Below, one piece after another: positions 1 through 11,503 of a stretch of DNA of 25,459 nt. A program made the translations under genes and the position numbers. A model generated the notes under the pieces. That model searched no databases. It worked only from the letters and a program-made list of their open reading frames with translations, and had not been told where the DNA came from. Source of the DNA: Macrostomum lignano (lineage: Eukaryota); contig NIVC01001118.1 of NCBI GenBank assembly GCA_002269645.1, forward strand, positions 1 to 25,459, in the 5' to 3' direction. Position 1 is the stretch's first letter. Each line of letters starts with the position of its first letter.

Positions 1-140
1 CTGCTTGATTTCCCTGCTTGATTAGTTGCTAAAATGCTATTGCTAAAATTTGTGATTCAAAGGTAACGATAAAAATAAATTCTAAAAAAACATTTGTATT
101 TGTATTTACTAAACAGCTTTACAGCTATTTGTATTCATTT

Positions 141-3100
141 CTCCGCCTTCGAGTATCTGGAAAGCTGATTAGGCTAGAGATCCGATTCTTTCTGCAAAAG
201 ACACCGACTGGGGTGCTCTAATTATCTGTAGAGTCTCATATCTGAATCTACAGATACAGCTTGGCAGTTGCTGATTGATTTTTTTGGCTTTCCCTATTAA
301 AATACATTAGAATTTCTAGGAATCTCCGCTTTTGAATATCTGGAAAGCTGATTAGGCTAGAGATCCGATTCTTTCTGCAAAAGACACCGACTGGGGTGCT
401 CTAATTATCTGTAGAGTCTCATATCTGAATCTACAGATACAGCTTGGCAGTTGCTGATTGATTTTTTTGGCTTTCCCTATTAAAATACATTAGAATTTCT
501 AGGAATCTCCGCTTTTGAATATCTGGAAAGCTGATTAGGCTAGAGATCCGATTCTTTCTGCAAAAGACACCGACTGGGGTGCTCTAATTATCTGTAGAGT
601 CTCATATCTGAATCTACAGATACAGCTTGGCAGTTGCTGATTGATTTTTTTGGCTTTCCCTATTAAAATACATTAGAATTTCTAGGAATCTCCGCTTTTG
701 AATATCTGGAAAGCTGATTAGGCTAGAGATCCGATTCTTTCTGCAAAAGACACCGACTGGGGTGCTCTAATTATCTGTAGAGTCTCATATCTGAATCTAC
801 AGATACAGCTTGGCAGTTGCTGATTGATTTTTTTGGCTTTCCCTATTAAAATACATTAGAATTTCTAGGAATCTCCGCTTTTGAATATCTGGAAAGCTGA
901 TTAGGCTAGAGATCCGATTCTTTCTGCAAAAGACACCGACTGGGGCTCTAATTATCTGTAGAGTCTCATATCTGAATCTACAGATACAGCTTGGCAGTTG
1001 CTGATTGATTTTTTTGGCTTTCCCTATTAAAATACATTAGAATTTCTAGGAATCTCCGCTTTTGAATATCTGGAAAGCTGATTAGGCTAGAGATCCGATT
1101 CTTTCTGCAAAAGACACCGACTGGGGTGCTCTAATTATCTGTAGAGTCTCATATCTGAATCTACAGATACAGCTTGGCAGTTGCTGATTGATTTTTTTGG
1201 CTTTCCCTATTAAAATACATTAGAATTTCTAGGAATCTCCGCTTTTGAATATCTGGAAAGCTGATTAGGCTAGAGATCCGATTCTTTCTGCAAAAGACAC
1301 CGACTGGGGTGCTCTAATTATCTGTAGAGTCTCATATCTGAATCTACAGATACAGCTTGGCAGTTGCTGATTGATTTTTTTGGCTTTCCCTATTAAAATA
1401 CATTAGAATTTCTAGGAATCTCCGCTTTTGAATATCTGGAAAGCTGATTAGGCTAGAGATCCGATTCTTTCTGCAAAAGACACCGACTGGGGTGCTCTAA
1501 TTATCTGTAGAGTCTCATATCTGAATCTACAGATACAGCTTGGCAGTTGCTGATTGATTTTTTTGGCTTTCCCTATTAAAATACATTAGAATTTCTAGGA
1601 ATCTCCGCTTTTGAATATCTGGAAAGCTGATTAGGCTAGAGATCCGATTCTTTCTGCAAAAGACACCGACTGGGGTGCTCTAATTATCTGTAGAGTCTCA
1701 TATCTGAATCTACAGATACAGCTTGGCAGTTGCTGATTGATTTTTTTGGCTTTCCCTATTAAAATACATTAGAATTTCTAGGAATCTCCGCTTTTGAATA
1801 TCTGGAAAGCTGATTAGGCTAGAGATCCGATTCTTTCTGCAAAAGACACCGACTGGGGTGCTCTAATTATCTGTAGAGTCTCATATCTGAATCTACAGAT
1901 ACAGCTTGGCAGTTGCTGATTGATTTTTTTGGCTTTCCCTATTAAAATACATTAGAATTTCTAGGAATCTCCGCTTTTGAATATCTGGAAAGCTGATTAG
2001 GCTAGAGATCCGATTCTTTCTGCAAAAGACACCGACTGGGGTGCTCTAATTATCTGTAGAGTCTCATATCTGAATCTACAGATACAGCTTGGCAGTTGCT
2101 GATTGATTTTTTTGGCTTTCCCTATTAAAATACATTAGAATTTCTAGGAATCTCCGCTTTTGAATATCTGGAAAGCTGATTAGGCTAGAGATCCGATTCT
2201 TTCTGCAAAAGACACCGACTGGGGTGCTCTAATTATCTGTAGAGTCTCATATCTGAATCTACAGATACAGCTTGGCAGTTGCTGATTGATTTTTTTGGCT
2301 TTCCCTATTAAAATACATTAGAATTTCTAGGAATCTCCGCTTTTGAATATCTGGAAAGCTGATTAGGCTAGAGATCCGATTCTTTCTGCAAAAGACACCG
2401 ACTGGGGTGCTCTAATTATCTGTAGAGTCTCATATCTGAATCTACAGATACAGCTTGGCAGTTGCTGATTGATTTTTTTGGCTTTCCCTATTAAAATACA
2501 TTAGAATTTCTAGGAATCTCCGCTTTTGAATATCTGGAAAGCTGATTAGGCTAGAGATCCGATTCTTTCTGCAAAAGACACCGACTGGGGTGCTCTAATT
2601 ATCTGTAGAGTCTCATATCTGAATCTACAGATACAGCTTGGCAGTTGCTGATTGATTTTTTTGGCTTTCCCTATTAAAATACATTAGAATTTCTAGGAAT
2701 CTCCGCTTTTGAATATCTGGAAAGCTGATTAGGCTAGAGATCCGATTCTTTCTGCAAAAGACACCGACTGGGGTGCTCTAATTATCTGTAGAGTCTCATA
2801 TCTGAATCTACAGATACAGCTTGGCAGTTGCTGATTGATTTTTTTGGCTTTCCCTATTAAAATACATTAGAATTTCTAGGAATCTCCGCTTTTGAATATC
2901 TGGAAAGCTGATTAGGCTAGAGATCCGATTCTTTCTGCAAAAGACACCGACTGGGGTGCTCTAATTATCTGTAGAGTCTCATATCTGAATCTACAGATAC
3001 AGCTTGGCAGTTGCTGATTGATTTTTTTGGCTTTCCCTATTAAAATACATTAGAATTTCTAGGAATCTCCGCTTTTGAATATCTGGAAAGCTGATTAGGC

Positions 3101-6100
3101 TAGAGATCCGATTCTTTCTGCAAAAGACACCGACTGGGGTGCTCTAATTATCTGTAGAGTCTCATATCTGAATCTACAGATACAGCTTGGCAGTTGCTGA
3201 TTGATTTTTTTGGCTTTCCCTATTAAAATACATTAGAATTTCTAGGAATCTCCGCTTTTGAATATCTGGAAAGCTGATTAGGCTAGAGATCCGATTCTTT
3301 CTGCAAAAGACACCGACTGGGGTGCTCTAATTATCTGTAGAGTCTCATATCTGAATCTACAGATACAGCTTGGCAGTTGCTGATTGATTTTTTTGGCTTT
3401 CCCTATTAAAATACATTAGAATTTCTAGGAATCTCCGCTTTTGAATATCTGGAAAGCTGATTAGGCTAGAGATCCGATTCTTTCTGCAAAAGACACCGAC
3501 TGGGGTGCTCTAATTATCTGTAGAGTCTCATATCTGAATCTACAGATACAGCTTGGCAGTTGCTGATTGATTTTTTTGGCTTTCCCTATTAAAATACATT
3601 AGAATTTCTAGGAATCTCCGCTTTTGAATATCTGGAAAGCTGATTAGGCTAGAGATCCGATTCTTTCTGCAAAAGACACCGACTGGGGTGCTCTAATTAT
3701 CTGTAGAGTCTCATATCTGAATCTACAGATACAGCTTGGCAGTTGCTGATTGATTTTTTTGGCTTTCCCTATTAAAATACATTAGAATTTCTAGGAATCT
3801 CCGCTTTTGAATATCTGGAAAGCTGATTAGGCTAGAGATCCGATTCTTTCTGCAAAAGACACCGACTGGGGTGCTCTAATTATCTGTAGAGTCTCATATC
3901 TGAATCTACAGATACAGCTTGGCAGTTGCTGATTGATTTTTTTGGCTTTCCCTATTAAAATACATTAGAATTTCTAGGAATCTCCGCTTTTGAATATCTG
4001 GAAAGCTGATTAGGCTAGAGATCCGATTCTTTCTGCAAAAGACACCGACTGGGGTGCTCTAATTATCTGTAGAGTCTCATATCTGAATCTACAGATACAG
4101 CTTGGCAGTTGCTGATTGATTTTTTTGGCTTTCCCTATTAAAATACATTAGAATTTCTAGGAATCTCCGCTTTTGAATATCTGGAAAGCTGATTAGGCTA
4201 GAGATCCGATTCTTTCTGCAAAAGACACCGACTGGGGTGCTCTAATTATCTGTAGAGTCTCATATCTGAATCTACAGATACAGCTTGGCAGTTGCTGATT
4301 GATTTTTTTGGCTTTCCCTATTAAAATACATTAGAATTTCTAGGAATCTCCGCTTTTGAATATCTGGAAAGCTGATTAGGCTAGAGATCCGATTCTTTCT
4401 GCAAAAGACACCGACTGGGGTGCTCTAATTATCTGTAGAGTCTCATATCTGAATCTACAGATACAGCTTGGCAGTTGCTGATTGATTTTTTTGGCTTTCC
4501 CTATTAAAATACATTAGAATTTCTAGGAATCTCCGCTTTTGAATATCTGGAAAGCTGATTAGGCTAGAGATCCGATTCTTTCTGCAAAAGACACCGACTG
4601 GGGTGCTCTAATTATCTGTAGAGTCTCATATCTGAATCTACAGATACAGCTTGGCAGTTGCTGATTGATTTTTTTGGCTTTCCCTATTAAAATACATTAG
4701 AATTTCTAGGAATCTCCGCTTTTGAATATCTGGAAAGCTGATTAGGCTAGAGATCCGATTCTTTCTGCAAAAGACACCGACTGGGGTGCTCTAATTATCT
4801 GTAGAGTCTCATATCTGAATCTACAGATACAGCTTGGCAGTTGCTGATTGATTTTTTTGGCTTTCCCTATTAAAATACATTAGAATTTCTAGGAATCTCC
4901 GCTTTTGAATATCTGGAAAGCTGATTAGGCTAGAGATCCGATTCTTTCTGCAAAAGACACCGACTGGGGTGCTCTAATTATCTGTAGAGTCTCATATCTG
5001 AATCTACAGATACAGCTTGGCAGTTGCTGATTGATTTTTTTGGCTTTCCCTATTAAAATACATTAGAATTTCTAGGAATCTCCGCTTTTGAATATCTGGA
5101 AAGCTGATTAGGCTAGAGATCCGATTCTTTCTGCAAAAGACACCGACTGGGGTGCTCTAATTATCTGTAGAGTCTCATATCTGAATCTACAGATACAGCT
5201 TGGCAGTTGCTGATTGATTTTTTTGGCTTTCCCTATTAAAATACATTAGAATTTCTAGGAATCTCCGCTTTTGAATATCTGGAAAGCTGATTAGGCTAGA
5301 GATCCGATTCTTTCTGCAAAAGACACCGACTGGGGTGCTCTAATTATCTGTAGAGTCTCATATCTGAATCTACAGATACAGCTTGGCAGTTGCTGATTGA
5401 TTTTTTTGGCTTTCCCTATTAAAATACATTAGAATTTCTAGGAATCTCCGCTTTTGAATATCTGGAAAGCTGATTAGGCTAGAGATCCGATTCTTTCTGC
5501 AAAAGACACCGACTGGGGTGCTCTAATTATCTGTAGAGTCTCATATCTGAATCTACAGATACAGCTTGGCAGTTGCTGATTGATTTTTTTGGCTTTCCCT
5601 ATTAAAATACATTAGAATTTCTAGGAATCTCCGCTTTTGAATATCTGGAAAGCTGATTAGGCTAGAGATCCGATTCTTTCTGCAAAAGACACCGACTGGG
5701 GTGCTCTAATTATCTGTAGAGTCTCATATCTGAATCTACAGATACAGCTTGGCAGTTGCTGATTGATTTTTTTGGCTTTCCCTATTAAAATACATTAGAA
5801 TTTCTAGGAATCTCCGCTTTTGAATATCTGGAAAGCTGATTAGGCTAGAGATCCGATTCTTTCTGCAAAAGACACCGACTGGGGTGCTCTAATTATCTGT
5901 AGAGTCTCATATCTGAATCTACAGATACAGCTTGGCAGTTGCTGATTGATTTTTTTGGCTTTCCCTATTAAAATACATTAGAATTTCTAGGAATCTCCGC
6001 TTTTGAATATCTGGAAAGCTGATTAGGCTAGAGATCCGATTCTTTCTGCAAAAGACACCGACTGGGGTGCTCTAATTATCTGTAGAGTCTCATATCTGAA

Positions 6101-9100
6101 TCTACAGATACAGCTTGGCAGTTGCTGATTGATTTTTTTGGCTTTCCCTATTAAAATACATTAGAATTTCTAGGAATCTCCGCTTTTGAATATCTGGAAA
6201 GCTGATTAGGCTAGAGATCCGATTCTTTCTGCAAAAGACACCGACTGGGGTGCTCTAATTATCTGTAGAGTCTCATATCTGAATCTACAGATACAGCTTG
6301 GCAGTTGCTGATTGATTTTTTTGGCTTTCCCTATTAAAATACATTAGAATTTCTAGGAATCTCCGCTTTTGAATATCTGGAAAGCTGATTAGGCTAGAGA
6401 TCCGATTCTTTCTGCAAAAGACACCGACTGGGGTGCTCTAATTATCTGTAGAGTCTCATATCTGAATCTACAGATACAGCTTGGCAGTTGCTGATTGATT
6501 TTTTTGGCTTTCCCTATTAAAATACATTAGAATTTCTAGGAATCTCCGCTTTTGAATATCTGGAAAGCTGATTAGGCTAGAGATCCGATTCTTTCTGCAA
6601 AAGACACCGACTGGGGTGCTCTAATTATCTGTAGAGTCTCATATCTGAATCTACAGATACAGCTTGGCAGTTGCTGATTGATTTTTTTGGCTTTCCCTAT
6701 TAAAATACATTAGAATTTCTAGGAATCTCCGCTTTTGAATATCTGGAAAGCTGATTAGGCTAGAGATCCGATTCTTTCTGCAAAAGACACCGACTGGGGT
6801 GCTCTAATTATCTGTAGAGTCTCATATCTGAATCTACAGATACAGCTTGGCAGTTGCTGATTGATTTTTTTGGCTTTCCCTATTAAAATACATTAGAATT
6901 TCTAGGAATCTCCGCTTTTGAATATCTGGAAAGCTGATTAGGCTAGAGATCCGATTCTTTCTGCAAAAGACACCGACTGGGGTGCTCTAATTATCTGTAG
7001 AGTCTCATATCTGAATCTACAGATACAGCTTGGCAGTTGCTGATTGATTTTTTTGGCTTTCCCTATTAAAATACATTAGAATTTCTAGGAATCTCCGCTT
7101 TTGAATATCTGGAAAGCTGATTAGGCTAGAGATCCGATTCTTTCTGCAAAAGACACCGACTGGGGTGCTCTAATTATCTGTAGAGTCTCATATCTGAATC
7201 TACAGATACAGCTTGGCAGTTGCTGATTGATTTTTTTGGCTTTCCCTATTAAAATACATTAGAATTTCTAGGAATCTCCGCTTTTGAATATCTGGAAAGC
7301 TGATTAGGCTAGAGATCCGATTCTTTCTGCAAAAGACACCGACTGGGGTGCTCTAATTATCTGTAGAGTCTCATATCTGAATCTACAGATACAGCTTGGC
7401 AGTTGCTGATTGATTTTTTTGGCTTTCCCTATTAAAATACATTAGAATTTCTAGGAATCTCCGCTTTTGAATATCTGGAAAGCTGATTAGGCTAGAGATC
7501 CGATTCTTTCTGCAAAAGACACCGACTGGGGTGCTCTAATTATCTGTAGAGTCTCATATCTGAATCTACAGATACAGCTTGGCAGTTGCTGATTGATTTT
7601 TTTGGCTTTCCCTATTAAAATACATTAGAATTTCTAGGAATCTCCGCTTTTGAATATCTGGAAAGCTGATTAGGCTAGAGATCCGATTCTTTCTGCAAAA
7701 GACACCGACTGGGGTGCTCTAATTATCTGTAGAGTCTCATATCTGAATCTACAGATACAGCTTGGCAGTTGCTGATTGATTTTTTTGGCTTTCCCTATTA
7801 AAATACATTAGAATTTCTAGGAATCTCCGCTTTTGAATATCTGGAAAGCTGATTAGGCTAGAGATCCGATTCTTTCTGCAAAAGACACCGACTGGGGTGC
7901 TCTAATTATCTGTAGAGTCTCATATCTGAATCTACAGATACAGCTTGGCAGTTGCTGATTGATTTTTTTGGCTTTCCCTATTAAAATACATTAGAATTTC
8001 TAGGAATCTCCGCTTTTGAATATCTGGAAAGCTGATTAGGCTAGAGATCCGATTCTTTCTGCAAAAGACACCGACTGGGGTGCTCTAATTATCTGTAGAG
8101 TCTCATATCTGAATCTACAGATACAGCTTGGCAGTTGCTGATTGATTTTTTTGGCTTTCCCTATTAAAATACATTAGAATTTCTAGGAATCTCCGCTTTT
8201 GAATATCTGGAAAGCTGATTAGGCTAGAGATCCGATTCTTTCTGCAAAAGACACCGACTGGGGTGCTCTAATTATCTGTAGAGTCTCATATCTGAATCTA
8301 CAGATACAGCTTGGCAGTTGCTGATTGATTTTTTTGGCTTTCCCTATTAAAATACATTAGAATTTCTAGGAATCTCCGCTTTTGAATATCTGGAAAGCTG
8401 ATTAGGCTAGAGATCCGATTCTTTCTGCAAAAGACACCGACTGGGGTGCTCTAATTATCTGTAGAGTCTCATATCTGAATCTACAGATACAGCTTGGCAG
8501 TTGCTGATTGATTTTTTTGGCTTTCCCTATTAAAATACATTAGAATTTCTAGGAATCTCCGCTTTTGAATATCTGGAAAGCTGATTAGGCTAGAGATCCG
8601 ATTCTTTCTGCAAAAGACACCGACTGGGGTGCTCTAATTATCTGTAGAGTCTCATATCTGAATCTACAGATACAGCTTGGCAGTTGCTGATTGATTTTTT
8701 TGGCTTTCCCTATTAAAATACATTAGAATTTCTAGGAATCTCCGCTTTTGAATATCTGGAAAGCTGATTAGGCTAGAGATCCGATTCTTTCTGCAAAAGA
8801 CACCGACTGGGGTGCTCTAATTATCTGTAGAGTCTCATATCTGAATCTACAGATACAGCTTGGCAGTTGCTGATTGATTTTTTTGGCTTTCCCTATTAAA
8901 ATACATTAGAATTTCTAGGAATCTCCGCTTTTGAATATCTGGAAAGCTGATTAGGCTAGAGATCCGATTCTTTCTGCAAAAGACACCGACTGGGGTGCTC
9001 TAATTATCTGTAGAGTCTCATATCTGAATCTACAGATACAGCTTGGCAGTTGCTGATTGATTTTTTTGGCTTTCCCTATTGAAATACATTAGAATTTCTA

Positions 9101-9851
9101 GGAATCTCCGCTTTTGAATATCTGGAAAGCTGATTAGGCTAGAGATCCGATTCCTTCTGCAAAAGACACCGACTGGGGTGCTCTCTAATTATCTGTAGAG
9201 TCTCATATCTGAATCTACAGATACAGCTTGGCAGTTGCTGATTGATTTTTTTGGCTTTCCCTATTGAAATACATTAGAATTTCTAGGAATCTCCGCTTTT
9301 GAATATCTGGAAAGCTGATTAGGCTAGAGATCCGATTCTTTCTGCAAAAGACACCGACTGGGGTGCTCTAATTATCTGTAGAGTCTCATATCTGAATCTA
9401 CAGATACAGCTTGGCAGTTGCTGATTGATTTTTTTGGCTTTCCCTATTAAAATACATTAGAATTTCTAGGAATCTCCGCTTTTGAATATCTGGAAAGCTG
9501 ATTAGGCTAGAGATCCGATTCTTTCTGCAAAAGACACCGACTGGGGTGCTCTAATTATCTGTAGAGTCTCATATCTGAATCTACAGATACAGCTTGGCAG
9601 TTGCTGATTGATTTTTTTGGCTTTCCCTATTAAAATACATTAGAATTTCTAGGAATCTCCGCTTTTGAATATCTGGAAAGCTGATTAGGCTAGAGATCCG
9701 ATTCTTTCTGCAAAAGACACCGACTGGGGTGCTCTAATTATCTGTAGAGTCTCATATCTGAATCTACAGATACAGCTTGGCAGTTGCTGATTGATTTTTT
9801 TGGCTTTCCCTATTAAAATACATTAGAATTTCTAGGAATCTCCGCTTTTGA
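141..9851. repeat. 183-bp tandem satellite array, 53 full units + 12 bp
   Basis: Period of 183 (TATCTGG at 154, 337, 520; CTCCGC at 141 and at 9840 = 141+53x183). Stop codons in all six frames of the unit. Only a few variants seen: 2-bp deletion ~946, A>G at ~9081 and ~9266, T>C ~9153, 2-bp insertion ~9183. Confidence 0.97.
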
Positions 9852-10389
9852 TCTATGACATCGACAATTAGAGCGCGCCATTGAATTTCTCGTAAAATTG
9901 TGATTGAATGCTAATGCAAATAAAGTAATTTTAATTCAGCTCATATTTAATTTAAATAACTTAATTTCAAAGCAAACGTTCTTCCTATTTGTCGTGTAAT
10001 TTGCGGCCGCTTTGAGGCTTTGTCATTGGAGGATTCATCATGCGGCGGGGATGAGGTGGGGAACAGTTAAGGGGTGTGGGGAACGAATAAAATTAATGAG
10101 CTATGTTAGACTGTGTTAGATTTCCCGCGGGGGATCTAATCAGACCAATAAGTCGACATCACAGACCAATGAGTGTTCTGTAAATCTAAAAGATTGCTTG
10201 CTTCTTCCCGTGGCCCCAAGTGTTACTTGCATACATTCGTATTGGTGCAGTGAAGTAAAGGTCTTACAAAGCTGTTTGCTCATAGAGTAGTGTCCTATGC
10301 CCTACTTATAGTAGGCACAAGACAACACGTTTAAACTTCGGAAGACTAATAATGCATTATAATGTACAACAAAATTCCAAGTCTGATTT

Positions 10390-10920
10390 TTACACGATGA
10401 AGAAGTCGATATTTCAACACCCTTGATTAAACCAGGACTCAAATTTCCCTATTTGCATCCCAGCTGCATAGCAACATATTTTCCCTTGGATACCATTGTT
10501 TCTATCACCTCAGCTGTTCCCATTAAGGATTATGATGTCCCAGATTGCACATTAAAGCGAACTGACTACATTTTAAGCAAAGAAACGTATTCGTTATGCC
10601 ATAATCGGCAAAATGCAATCAATAGATTTATCCATGACAAAGATCAATATCCTTAGTCAAGCATTTGATTAACGAGTTCAAAATTTTAACAGCAGACAAG
10701 ACGTTAAATTTCTATGCAACACTTTAAAATTTGCACTTTAAACAGCCAGTGCAGAAATAGTCGTATACAAGAAAAAATAATTTGTTACTATGCGGTTGGA
10801 CTGCTAGGGTAACAAATTCACAAGGAGTCTGTTCGCCTGCAAGCCAAAATTAAATAAGGTTGGGGACTTTAGAGGTTTAATTTGGCCTAGACCGTTGTAT
10901 TAAGAAGATACCTATTAGTA
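10390..10920 (+). pseudogene. Possible decayed coding remnant of unknown family
   Basis: ORF 10423-10656 is followed by further protein-like stretches (VKHLINEFKILTADKTLNFYATL; NNLLLCGWTARVTNSQGVC) broken by stops and a frameshift. No motif recognised. Confidence 0.2.
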
Positions 10921-11378
10921 GGTAAAACATCATGAAATGAAATGACATAAAATGACCATTTATCTAAAAAGTACCGATTCCAAAGCTCTATAAGTCTTTG
11001 AAGGCGACTCAAGTTACGCTTTTATAAGCCATATAAAATTTATTTGCCTGAGAAAGGCTAATGCGCAGTTCATACTACTGAGTAGTATTCTGCATACATG
11101 TGGGTCGCCAATTAGGCTAACAGTCGAGTGCTTGGCGACCCGGAGGTTAGCCGACCCATTTTAGTACGCGGGCGCGACCAGGCGCATAACCTCTGATCAA
11201 GCGACCCTTTGGCGACCATGTCAAATTATTGATATTTCACTTCCTTAACCCCGAACTAACCTCAAACAGCCCGTTTTGAGTCATTTGGAGTACATTAGTA
11301 GCAGAAAAAAAATTCGACCCGAAATACGACGGACAGCCGTCGCAACTCCGTCGCCGCGACCATTTTTTTCCCATCGGG

Positions 11379-11503
11379 CTGCTTTAAGTTTCGCCAAAGC
11401 CAAAGCCAAAGAAGCAAAAACTGCTTTGTTCTCCCCGAGACAAGAGCCTCGTGTTAGGCACTTTGTTGAACAATAGTTCATAAATAATTCATTTGGCGTT
11501 TCT
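11379..11503 (+). repeat. PLE pseudo-LTR, 5' copy (125 bp)
   Basis: CTGCTTTAAGTTTCGCC...CATTTGGCGTTTCT reads identical to 15321-15445. Confidence 0.95.

Noticed and set aside
141-323. Hammerhead, tRNA, 5S, snRNA or SL RNA gene within the monomer
   Set aside because: No CTGANGA...GAAA core on either strand, only a weak B-box resemblance (GATCCGATTC) without an A box, and no recognisable snRNA or SL sequence.
141-9851. CRISPR-like array, or a coding repeat (183 = 61 codons)
   Set aside because: No variable spacers, and the unit has stop codons in all six frames.
11102-11152. HDV-like ribozyme
   Set aside because: Lacks the P3/L3 consensus, the P1.1 GG and the J4/2 catalytic C on both strands; kept only as an unexplained structure.
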